From positions 3,090,001 through 3,122,000 of the forward strand of contig CP104013.1 of the NCBI GenBank assembly GCA_025839675.1: DNA of 32,000 nucleotides, in the 5' to 3' direction. Made by a program: the position numbers and the translations under genes. The notes under the pieces are model-generated. The model saw nothing but the letters and a program-made list of their open reading frames with translations, had not been told where the DNA came from and did no database searches. The stretch comes from Candidatus Lokiarchaeum ossiferum (GTDB lineage Archaea; Asgardarchaeota; Lokiarchaeia; Sigyniarchaeales; Promethearchaeaceae). Below are positions 9,320 to 17,803 of this stretch, piece after piece. Within the stretch, counting starts at the first letter, position 1; the number at the start of each line of letters is the position of its first letter.

Positions 9320-9562
9320 ATGGGAATTAAAATAACGAGTTTTATTAAAATTGAATTTGGTAATTCTGAGAAGTTTAATGAAGAATTAAAACAGATTCCC
9401 GAAGTAGTTAAAATTTTATCTATTTCGGGTGATTTTGACCTGTTAATCCATATATTGGTAGAAAAAAGTGAAGATTTAGTTGAAATAATTGAAAAAATCG
9501 AGAAAATCCCAGGAATTAAAGAAATTAACAGCCATTATGTTTTAGCGGAATGGGAAAAATAA
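9320..9562 (+). CDS. Stand-alone RAM domain protein (Lrp/AsnC C-terminal domain only)
   Basis: 80 aa: ITSFIKIEFG...VVKILSISGDFDLLIHILVEKSEDLVEIIEKIEKIPGIKEINSHYVL. This is a full RAM domain with no N-terminal HTH. Confidence 0.75.
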   Translation: MGIKITSFIKIEFGNSEKFNEELKQIPEVVKILSISGDFDLLIHILVEKSEDLVEIIEKIEKIPGIKEINSHYVLAEWEK

Positions 9563-9581
9563 ATTCAAGGAGAAAAGTCTA

Positions 9582-9839
9582 ATGAAAGTCAAGATATTAT
9601 CTTTTGTTAAAGTAGAATTGGGTCGAACCATGGAAATTGTGGAGAAATTACAATTGATAAAAAATGTTAAGGAAATTTATTATATCACTGGTGAATATGA
9701 TCTTGTGATGAAAATTGAAGGCGAATCGAGTGAAGAACTTCAAAAAATCATGATGACTCAAATTGACATAATAAAAGGAATTAAAAAACTAAACAGTCAT
9801 TTAATGGTAAAAAGATGGATGACAGATTCTGAAGGTTAA
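9582..9839 (+). CDS. Stand-alone RAM domain protein (paralog of 9320..9562)
   Basis: 85 aa: ILSFVKVELG...VKEIYYITGEYDLVMKIEGESSEELQKIMMTQIDIIKGIKKLNSHLMV. Same RAM pattern, in tandem with the previous gene. Confidence 0.75.
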   Translation: MKVKILSFVKVELGRTMEIVEKLQLIKNVKEIYYITGEYDLVMKIEGESSEELQKIMMTQIDIIKGIKKLNSHLMVKRWMTDSEG

Positions 9840-10150
9840 TTAAAGCGATTTTTATCTCTTTTTCGATACTTTTCTAAAACATTTTTTAATTCAAGGGTTA
9901 AATCTACTTTATAATGGTTTGCTAAACAAATTAGGCTGAAAACAGTATCAGCTAATTCCTCACCAATGGAATTTGTTGGTTCAGAGGCCTTTTTATGTTT
10001 AATATTCACCTTTGCATTGATTTCACGGGATAATTCCCCAACTTCTTCAACAACGGATGCAAGCATAGATAAAGGAGGCCAGTATCCACCAAAATCCGTA
10101 ATAAGAGAATCTACATCTTTTTGAATTTGCTTTAAAGTTTTTTCAATCAT
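9836..10150 (-). CDS. MazG-like nucleotide pyrophosphohydrolase
   Basis: EEVGELSREI...IGEELADTVFSLICLANHYKVDL...KYRKR matches the all-alpha MazG/NTP-PPase EExGE...EE.aD signature. The size of about 104 aa is typical. Confidence 0.7.
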   Translation of the reverse strand: MIEKTLKQIQKDVDSLITDFGGYWPPLSMLASVVEEVGELSREINAKVNIKHKKASEPTNSIGEELADTVFSLICLANHYKVDLTLELKNVLEKYRKRDKNRFN

Positions 10151-10275
10151 GAAGTAATCACGAAGTATTGAAATATTCTTAAGTTATTTTTTAAAAGGGT
10201 TTTAAAAATATACAATTTTCCCTTTGGAAAAATAAAGAAGTACAAATAATTATAAATCGAGATTGTGAAAAAAAA

Positions 10276-11100
10276 ATGGCTGATGATTTTAGTTTTAACT
10301 GTCCCCGATGTGGGAAAGAACCTAAACGTGGGAAATTTTTAGGATCAGAAATATGGCATGATGAATGTCTTGTCGAAGATATGGTGGAAAAGTTTAATTC
10401 TGGAACTCCACGTGAAGAAATCGAAAAAACTTTAAAACGAGTAAAAGATAAAGGTGTTGAACAAAATGTGGGTTTGAAATGTGGTTGGCCTGAATATCAA
10501 CCACCTAAATCTCAAGAGGAAATTGAAGCAGAGTATCAAGCAGAACTAGAAGCTGCAGAAGCAAAAGCAGATGCTGAAGCCGCGATTAAAGCCGCTGAAG
10601 AAGCTGAGAGTGAAGAAGCTAAAGCTGCTGCAGAAGCTGCAGTAGCTGAAGCACAATCGAAGGCTGATAATGCTTCTAAAGTTGCAGAAAATGCAAAAAT
10701 AATTCAAACTCCTTCATCTCAAAATTCTGGAGCCCCGGCATCTACATCTTCAATGCCTTCAACACCTTTGACCCCAATGGGAGCACCTCAATTTGCCCCA
10801 TATCCACCAATGACCGCACCACAGATGGCTCCAATGCCTATGATGGCCCCATCGAGATTAGAAGCTTTTAAGCCCGCACCCACCGATGAAGTTGTGAGAA
10901 ATATTGCAATTTCAGCAATGGAAGTATGCTTAAAAACTATGAAAAAAGATGTGGAATATGGAAAGTTATTATTTAAATTCATGAAAGAATTCAACTGGGA
11001 AGCTGAAGAAGATGATGATGTTGAAAAAAGTGAGGATTCTGATAAAGAAGATGTTGATGAAGAAATTGAAGATGCTAAACCATTCCTAGTTGAAGATTAA
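10276..11100 (+). CDS. Hypothetical protein: N-terminal CxxC...HxxC knuckle, Ala/Glu-rich helix, Pro/Met-rich tract, acidic tail
   Basis: Long ORF with CPRCG...HDEC, then AEAKADAEAAIKAAEEAESEEAKAAAEAAVAEAQSKAD, then PMGAPQFAPYPPMTAPQMAPMPMMAP, then EEDDDVEKSEDSDKEDVDEEIED. I recognise no family. Confidence 0.55.
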   Translation: MADDFSFNCPRCGKEPKRGKFLGSEIWHDECLVEDMVEKFNSGTPREEIEKTLKRVKDKGVEQNVGLKCGWPEYQPPKSQEEIEAEYQAELEAAEAKADAEAAIKAAEEAESEEAKAAAEAAVAEAQSKADNASKVAENAKIIQTPSSQNSGAPASTSSMPSTPLTPMGAPQFAPYPPMTAPQMAPMPMMAPSRLEAFKPAPTDEVVRNIAISAMEVCLKTMKKDVEYGKLLFKFMKEFNWEAEEDDDVEKSEDSDKEDVDEEIEDAKPFLVED

Positions 11101-11106
11101 TTTTTT

Positions 11107-12873
11107 TTATTTTGTTCTACTCCCACATTTGTTGCAAAACTTGAAATTTTTATTTAACTTTGCACCACAATTAGGACATTCAATCATATTTTTATTCGAA
11201 ACATCTCCAATAACAGAATGAGAAGTTCCAAAAATATTTGATTTTGCAGAAGTTACATTTGAAGGACCAGTGTTCGTTCCAGATGTAGTTTTTTTTAAAA
11301 AGGAAGGAATATAATCAGTTTGATTGGCAGATTTCTCAATGAATGGAGATCGACTTTCTTTATTTGTAGATTTGGGAATAATTGGTTTTTTATTGACATC
11401 TACATTTGACATAAAACCCCATGAAGTTTTTGGTTCTTTTTTTTTGATATTAGATTGAATTGAATCAGGTTTTGAAGGAGCATCAAAAAAAGAATAGGTT
11501 TTTTTCTTAGGAATGATGGATTTTGATTCGGTTGTTCCCTGTTTTGCTGGTAATGAATCTAAAAATGAATAGGATTTATTATTATCATTTGAAGATTTTT
11601 GAAATTCATTAGGTTTTTTTGGGCTGTCAAAAAATGAATAATTTTGAGTAGGTTTGATAATTTTTGGTTCTTTTTTCTCAGACCGAGTATTTCTAAAGTC
11701 AGGAGATGTAAATGGAGCAGGCTTCTTTGTATTTGATTTTGAAGATTGAGCGAGAAATGGGTTCCCTTTGATTTCTGATGAATTTCCAGATATGGATGAA
11801 GGAATGCCTTCTGAAGAAAATGATGGAGGAGAAGGTTTAGGGGGTATTTTTACAGTTGGTGGTTCTTGCTTCGAATTTGATGGAAATTGTGAATTAATTT
11901 GAACTGGAGGTAATTTGACCTCTGATTTTTTAGGAATATTTTGCTTTTGAATTGGGGTATTTTGAACGGGAGTTTTTGGTGAAAACCAATCAGGTTCTTC
12001 TACTATTGAAGATGTAAGAATATCATTACTTTTTTTCAATGCTTCTTTCTGAGGTTCCGAAGTAATATTTTCTTTAGAATTACCCAAAGACAATATTGAA
12101 GTCTCATCTATTTTCGGAATATTGAAAGGGTTGCTTGGTAATTTATTAGAAACAGGATTTTTTGATAATGAAGAATATATTGGAGCGGGTTTAGGTTTAT
12201 GAGAAACACTCGGCATAGGTTTATTTGATACTGGATCCTTAGGAGCAAACACAGGTATAGGTTGAGGTATTTTTTTTGAAATAGATTCGACGTCTATTGT
12301 TTTTTCATTATTAGGTTGCTCAGATAAGGAAGGAGAACCCCCTAACATTGCTGGAGGGATATCTTCTCCAATCATTAGCAAAGCAAGAATTCCAAAAACA
12401 TCTCCAACTCCATCTCCACTTTTCGCACTAGACTCAACATAAAACATGTTAAGATCTTTTGCAACCTCTTCAGCTTCATTTCTTGAAATAACCCTTTGAT
12501 CAACAAGATCTTTCTTATTTCCAACTAAAAGCATTGGAATAGAACCGGATTCCTTTTTAACCTCATCCATCCACTTAGGAATATGATCAAAACTCTCACG
12601 ATTTGTAAGATCAAAAAGAATGATACAACCCATTGAACCTTTGTAATAAAGAGGACGAACATACTGGAATCTCTCCTGTCCACCTGTATCCCATATTTGA
12701 AGTTTTACATTATGATTATTAATATGGATGGTTTTGACTGCAAATTCCACACCGATAGTTAATTTATAGTTTTCTTGAAAAAAGCCTTGACTAAAGCGAA
12801 CCACAAGAGCAGTTTTCCCACAGCCACCATCACCTACAGCAACACATTTAAATAGATAATCATAATTGTCCAA
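11107..12873 (-). CDS. Rab-like small GTPase with a ~390 aa low-complexity linker and a C-terminal zinc ribbon
   Basis: Rab-type N-terminus YDYLFK. G1 GDGGCGKT, switch I TIGVEF, G3 KLQIWDTGGQERF, YYKGS, G4 GNKKD, G5 SSAKSG. Residues ~171-563 are rich in P, S, K and N. The C-terminus is CPNCGAKLNKNFKFCNKCGSRTK. Confidence 0.9.
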   Translation of the reverse strand: MDNYDYLFKCVAVGDGGCGKTALVVRFSQGFFQENYKLTIGVEFAVKTIHINNHNVKLQIWDTGGQERFQYVRPLYYKGSMGCIILFDLTNRESFDHIPKWMDEVKKESGSIPMLLVGNKKDLVDQRVISRNEAEEVAKDLNMFYVESSAKSGDGVGDVFGILALLMIGEDIPPAMLGGSPSLSEQPNNEKTIDVESISKKIPQPIPVFAPKDPVSNKPMPSVSHKPKPAPIYSSLSKNPVSNKLPSNPFNIPKIDETSILSLGNSKENITSEPQKEALKKSNDILTSSIVEEPDWFSPKTPVQNTPIQKQNIPKKSEVKLPPVQINSQFPSNSKQEPPTVKIPPKPSPPSFSSEGIPSSISGNSSEIKGNPFLAQSSKSNTKKPAPFTSPDFRNTRSEKKEPKIIKPTQNYSFFDSPKKPNEFQKSSNDNNKSYSFLDSLPAKQGTTESKSIIPKKKTYSFFDAPSKPDSIQSNIKKKEPKTSWGFMSNVDVNKKPIIPKSTNKESRSPFIEKSANQTDYIPSFLKKTTSGTNTGPSNVTSAKSNIFGTSHSVIGDVSNKNMIECPNCGAKLNKNFKFCNKCGSRTK

Positions 12874-12980
12874 TTTCTTGTAACCTCTTATTTTGTTTGA
12901 ATTTCTTTTTTTAACGTTTTCTTTATATTACTTTAATTAGTATCACATAATGCTAATAATTTTTGTATATAGTATGATTA

Positions 12981-13832
12981 TTAATTTTTACTACCGCATA
13001 TAGGACAAATCTTCCAATTATTATTCATATTAGCTTTGCAAATAGCACATTTCTTATTAGTTTCGAGCACTTGAACATTTTTTAAATAGCTATTCTTTTT
13101 TTTAGGTGGTGAGGTCATTCTCCCATCAATAATTTGAGAGAAAGATAATAATGCGTTTTGGGATGATTCTAAATCCCCATAATCGGCCGAAAAAGGATTA
13201 TAAGGGATAATGGGTCGGATAACTTTACTTGAATCTATTTGAGAATTGGTTCCTTCTTCTTCAATTGGTTGATTTATATGAGAAATTTTATGAGTGTTGG
13301 CATCATTTTCGATAATCTCATTCTCACTTGATTTAATATTATGAGAAGATGCCGATCTATTAAATTCTTGCTTATCTACAGAAGATCTCTCTAAAATCAT
13401 TGTTTCTTCACCAACTATTAGATCTTGAACAACATTTTCGATAATAGACTCTTCTGCAGTAAGTTTATTATTGGAAGCTGATATTTTTGCGTCCGAATTT
13501 TCGTTTTTATTAGGAATTGATTCTTCATACAAAACTTCCTTCTGGCCTGCAATTTCAAAATAATATTGCCCATTATTATCATCAATATACTCTTTTCCAT
13601 CAGATCCAACAATTTTAAAAAGATAGAGGATCTTATTTCCAAATGGCACATTTGGAAGGGTTATTGAATATGAATGGCCCAAATTATTCATTTTTACAGA
13701 ATACCATGAATGAGCATTATCAGTACTAAAAATGAGAAATAAATTGGACAAATCACCTTCAATATTGCATTTTATTTCCACTGAAATTTTAGAATCAATT
13801 TCTGATTGTTGACTCATCCCAAGATTATTCAT
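12981..13832 (-). CDS. Hypothetical protein: N-terminal beta-sandwich-like domain (CBM-like), disordered linker, C-terminal zinc ribbon
   Basis: The N-terminal ~100 aa (VEIKCNIEGDLSNLFLIFSTDNAHSWYSVKMNNLGHSYSITLPNVPFGNKILYLFKIVGSDGKEYIDDNNGQYYFEI) resemble CBM20/48-type beta-sandwich patterns. The C-terminus is CAICKANMNNNWKICPICGSKN. It lies 108 bp upstream of the Rab-like gene on the same strand. Confidence 0.6.
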   Translation of the reverse strand: MNNLGMSQQSEIDSKISVEIKCNIEGDLSNLFLIFSTDNAHSWYSVKMNNLGHSYSITLPNVPFGNKILYLFKIVGSDGKEYIDDNNGQYYFEIAGQKEVLYEESIPNKNENSDAKISASNNKLTAEESIIENVVQDLIVGEETMILERSSVDKQEFNRSASSHNIKSSENEIIENDANTHKISHINQPIEEEGTNSQIDSSKVIRPIIPYNPFSADYGDLESSQNALLSFSQIIDGRMTSPPKKKNSYLKNVQVLETNKKCAICKANMNNNWKICPICGSKN

Positions 13833-13987
13833 TCTAATATTAGATTATAATTGTTGCATTATTAAATTTAGTCATGTTTGAAAGGTATTTAAGAGGAAAT
13901 TTCTCAATTAGCCTATGAGTGAAAAGTCAATTGAATAATATCTAGATAATATTAGGTTTATAATTCAAATATTGAGATTCTTATAAT

Positions 13988-14305
13988 ATGGCGTCTATGA
14001 ATGATTTAGTAAATCTTTATAAATTAGAACAAGCAATTCAAATTAATAAAATACAAGGAAATTACCAACAATTGCTAATCTTATATGATAAAATAATTGA
14101 AATGAAATCAAAATTATCAAATAAATTAGGATTGGCCAAAACAATTTCTGAAAAAGGATTTTTATTAGAACAATTAGGATATCATCGGGAAGCCTTGGAA
14201 CAATTCAATTTTGCAAAACATATAGCGCGAGGAACTCCAAATAAAGATTTCATTTGTATTATTGAAAATAGAATTGAAAAAATTGAAAATTCTCAATTGT
14301 TATGA
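13988..14305 (+). CDS. Hypothetical protein, possibly one TPR-like helical repeat
   Basis: 105 aa ORF. LAKTISEKGFLLEQLGYHREALEQFNFAKHIA loosely fits a TPR motif. No other support. Confidence 0.35.
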   Translation: MASMNDLVNLYKLEQAIQINKIQGNYQQLLILYDKIIEMKSKLSNKLGLAKTISEKGFLLEQLGYHREALEQFNFAKHIARGTPNKDFICIIENRIEKIENSQLL

Positions 14306-14347
14306 GGAATTATCTCGTTATTTGTTTGAAAAGGTGAAAAAAAAAAC

Positions 14348-14665
14348 TTACCACATATAAGCGCCCATTATTGCGCTGGTTAGTAATCCAATAAAAATCA
14401 AACCGAAATACCAATTGTTAAACAATCCGAGATTATTTTTATGTTCACTTATATAACTTTTCATTCCTAAACACAAGCCGGCTAGCAGTAAATAATACAT
14501 AATTGGAACCATAAAAGTTGAAGTAAAAGCCCATTTCATTATAAAGAATAAGAGGGTCGCAATAATATCAATAACTATGAAGGTCAATCCCATATATGTA
14601 AAAATTACTTCAGAACCTTGTTTTTGAGATTCTTTTTTCTGTGCTATTATCGACATATTTTTCAT
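14348..14665 (-). CDS. Small integral membrane protein (about 3 TM segments), hypothetical
   Basis: Three hydrophobic stretches: GLTFIVIDIIATLLFFIM, FMVPIMYYLLLAGLCLGM, YFGLIFIGLLTSAIMGAYMW. It lies 40 bp downstream of the NAC gene on the same strand. Confidence 0.5.
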   Translation of the reverse strand: MKNMSIIAQKKESQKQGSEVIFTYMGLTFIVIDIIATLLFFIMKWAFTSTFMVPIMYYLLLAGLCLGMKSYISEHKNNLGLFNNWYFGLIFIGLLTSAIMGAYMW

Positions 14666-14705
14666 GTTTTAAAATATATGCAGAATTAAAAAAATTTTGG
14701 AACAA

Positions 14706-15269
14706 TTAACGGGTTTTTAGATCAATTATCGCACGTGCTAAATCCCCATTCGCATCCTTCAGAGCTTTTTTTGCCACTTTATCAGATACTCCCGTTTGCA
14801 TGGCGACCAATTTAATATCTTCTTCAGTAATCTCAACAGATAGGGTTTCTTCGACATTCTCACTATTCTCAATAAAATTTTCATCTAGTATTTCGGCATC
14901 TTCGACACCAGAAGCAGAGATATCCTGCTCAGAATTTGATTCGTAAGCATAATTCCCCGCTGAACTTTCCTTAGCACTTCCTATTACTTGATATACTTCC
15001 ATTCCTTCTTGAACTACTTTAATAATTTGAGGTTCTTCAATGATTAAATCGTTTCCATCAGCACTTTGGATAATCACACGTTTTGCATCTATTTGTTCCA
15101 TGTTTTCCATTGCTTGTCCTTGTTGTTGCATCCTTCGTCTTTGTTGGCGATTCAATCCTTTTGTAGACGTTGCTCTTTGATTCATTGCGGCATTGCCTTG
15201 AGATCTTAGAGATTTACTCCTTCTTTTCTTTTGCTGCATTGATTTTGGTAATTTTCCCATTGCTATCAT
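14706..15269 (-). CDS. nac: Nascent polypeptide-associated complex protein (NAC domain plus C-terminal UBA)
   Basis: NAC beta-barrel pattern RVIIQSADGNDLIIEEPQIIKVVQEGMEVYQVIG and C-terminal UBA pattern EEDIKLVAMQTGVSDKVAKKALKDANGDLARAIIDL. The basic Q/R-rich N-terminus and the acidic linker are longer than in the archaeal NACs I recall. Confidence 0.8.
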   Translation of the reverse strand: MIAMGKLPKSMQQKKRRSKSLRSQGNAAMNQRATSTKGLNRQQRRRMQQQGQAMENMEQIDAKRVIIQSADGNDLIIEEPQIIKVVQEGMEVYQVIGSAKESSAGNYAYESNSEQDISASGVEDAEILDENFIENSENVEETLSVEITEEDIKLVAMQTGVSDKVAKKALKDANGDLARAIIDLKTR

Positions 15270-15300
15270 TCTGTTATATTTAGATTATTTATAAAAAAAA

Positions 15301-15807
15301 TTAATTCTTAAGTTTTATTGAATTAACACCTTTTCGTACTTTAACAGCGCATCCACTATTACTTGAAAGAATCAAATTCACCGGAGCATTCAATTTACCA
15401 ATCGCTAGTAGTTCATCCGATTCGTCAACTACAAAGACTTCATCACCAATTTTAAGATTTTTATCAAGCAATTCAACATGCTGAGAGAAGACAGATTTAC
15501 CTTGTCTAATAAAATCTGCTACATCATGTTGTACTTGGATTCGGTTATTTGGATTTGGAATTTTTTTTAAAATTCTAAGAGCTGCATAAAGTGTGAGTGA
15601 AAAAGTTCCGAAAGGAGATCTATAAGTAGATTGTAATTCTCCTTGATAGAATATTTGCTTCACTTTACCAGTTCTTCTAGAAAACTTGATGACCATATCT
15701 TCAAAAGGTTCTAAAAATAAATCAGCAATATTTTCACTGAATTGGTAGCTGAAAATTTGATGTAAAACATGAAATAATTGAGCTTTAGATAAAGATTGCA
15801 TCTTCAT
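15301..15807 (-). CDS. PUA-domain RNA-binding protein (pre-PUA plus PUA, Nip7/ArcTGT-C-like)
   Basis: C-terminal LKIGDEVFVVDESDELLAIGKLNAPVNLILSSNSGCAVKVRKGV is a typical PUA motif (GD.V.v.d....lia.G......m.....G.avkv). The ~165 aa size fits archaeal stand-alone PUA proteins. Confidence 0.6.
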   Translation of the reverse strand: MKMQSLSKAQLFHVLHQIFSYQFSENIADLFLEPFEDMVIKFSRRTGKVKQIFYQGELQSTYRSPFGTFSLTLYAALRILKKIPNPNNRIQVQHDVADFIRQGKSVFSQHVELLDKNLKIGDEVFVVDESDELLAIGKLNAPVNLILSSNSGCAVKVRKGVNSIKLKN

Positions 15808-15878
15808 ATTAGTTTCACCGCCGACGAAAGCATAAATGTCAGAAGTACAATAAAATCAATTAAAGAAATAAAAAAAAT

Positions 15879-17105
15879 TTATGCATATAGAGTAAATCTA
15901 TCATGAGTCTTTTTTGATCCTTTAACAACTTTTGTTATTGCTTTTTTGAAATCGGTCACAAGAATTGTGTCAGATTCCCTACGGATTGCAAACATTCCAG
16001 CTTCCATTACAATTGCTTTAATTTCCGCACCAGTTGCCCCCTCAGTAGCAGATAAAAATTGTTTGAAATTCTGAGCTTTTTTCTCAATATTCATATTTCT
16101 AGTGTGGATATGAAAGATTTGGAGTCTAGCGTCTTCATTGGGAGGAGGAAACTCGATCAATCGATCAAATCTACCTGGTCTCAATAAAGCAGGATCCAAT
16201 ATATCTGGACGATTAGTAGCACCAATTATACGAACATCACCCCTATTATTAAAACCATCAAGTTCGCTAAGAAGTTGCATTAAGGTTCTTTGAACTTCTC
16301 TATCACCAGAGGTTGCAACTTGTAGTCTTTTTGAACCAATCGCATCAAGTTCATCAATGAAAATTATGGCTGGTGTTTTCTGGCGAGCCATATCAAACAA
16401 CTCACGTACCATTCGAGCACCTTCTCCGATAAATTTTTGAACTAATTCACTACCAATAATTCTGATGAAAGTCGCATTAGTTGCATTTGCTACTGCTTTT
16501 GCGATCATTGTTTTTCCAGTTCCAGGACTTCCAAACAATAAAATTCCTTTTGGAGGGGAGACTCCAACTTTTTTGAATATTTCTGGTTTTAATAAAGGAA
16601 GCTCCACCGTTTCTCGAACTTCTTGCAATTGATCTTCTAATCCACCAATATCATCATAAGTGTATTCTGATGGTTTTTCTTCAATTTCCATTACTTGCAC
16701 CATAGGATCAACTACACTTGGCAGACGTTCCATTACTGAAAAAGTTCTTTGATTTAATGCAACACGATCGTTTACTTTCAAAGTCTCAAAATCTACTTTG
16801 CGAGCAATATTAACAATAAAAGAAGGTCCTGAACTTGATTTTACAACTGCACGCTTATCAGGAAGTAAATCAGTTAAATTTGCAGAAATCAAAGGAGGTT
16901 GACGTAGTCGATCTAATTCTTGCCTTAAATTTGCCAAATCTCTTTGACTTGATAGAAGTTCTCGCTCTAATTTTGACTTGGTGGATTCCAAATTTCTTAA
17001 ACGTCGTTCCAAGTGTCTCGTATAAGTTATGAGGTAATTCGAATCTTTTTCTTTCTCAATTGGTATGTTTGAATCTTTATCCTTTTCAATAGCCATCCTT
17101 TTCAA
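15879..17105 (-). CDS. pan: Proteasome-activating nucleotidase PAN (Rpt-like AAA+ ATPase)
   Basis: N-terminal coiled coil and an OB segment. Walker A GSPGTGKT, Walker B IIFIDELD, second region of homology, and a C-terminal HbYX motif (LYA). Confidence 0.95.
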   Translation of the reverse strand: MKRMAIEKDKDSNIPIEKEKDSNYLITYTRHLERRLRNLESTKSKLERELLSSQRDLANLRQELDRLRQPPLISANLTDLLPDKRAVVKSSSGPSFIVNIARKVDFETLKVNDRVALNQRTFSVMERLPSVVDPMVQVMEIEEKPSEYTYDDIGGLEDQLQEVRETVELPLLKPEIFKKVGVSPPKGILLFGSPGTGKTMIAKAVANATNATFIRIIGSELVQKFIGEGARMVRELFDMARQKTPAIIFIDELDAIGSKRLQVATSGDREVQRTLMQLLSELDGFNNRGDVRIIGATNRPDILDPALLRPGRFDRLIEFPPPNEDARLQIFHIHTRNMNIEKKAQNFKQFLSATEGATGAEIKAIVMEAGMFAIRRESDTILVTDFKKAITKVVKGSKKTHDRFTLYA

Positions 17106-17803
17106 CTCTATTGGAATTTTTCACTTTTCTCATGCATTTTTTTTGTTGTTCCTAATATGTCTAAGATAATCTGAGTTTATATAATTTCTTTTGGAAAAAA
17201 TCTCAATCTTCTTGGAATAAAAAAGAATTATATCTTTTGTTTAAAATCTTTTTACTATTTGTTAGTTGAATTATTTTTGATGAACTAGAGGGATTTTTCT
17301 TGAGCTTTAAAATTTATGTAAAAATTAGATTTACGTGAGAAAAAAGGCTATCTCAGAAATAAACGCATAAAAAAAGATTGTGGGAAGTTCCACTTGAAAT
17401 TCTTTTTAATGAAGAACAATTAAAACAATTTTTTATTAAATTAACTTGTTCTCTTCTTTTCCGTGATGAAAACAACCTTCGAACAGTTGAGTTGCAACAT
17501 TTTACATTATCAGTATGATTGTTACCTTACTAGATTTATGGCCAGAAGATAGTATTTTCATTTTAAGATCAAAAGGCAAATTGATGGAAACTGCAATTGC
17601 AAAATCATGCAAGAAGTTATTTATAGTTGAACAAATAATGAGGTCGCACCTTTTATATAAGAAGTATATATAAGATTAGAATTGAAGAATGTTTGGATTA
17701 ATAGAGGAAATCCTTATTATTGATTTAAAGAAGATAAGAATTTATATTCCAAATTAATTAAGAATGGATTACTACGTTAGAAATATAATCTTCTAATCAC
17801 ATT

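Noticed and set aside
17013-17081. Short tandem EKDKDSN / EKEKDSN repeat at the PAN N-terminus.
   Set aside because: It is only two copies in a low-complexity region ahead of the coiled coil, and it has no functional implication I can support.
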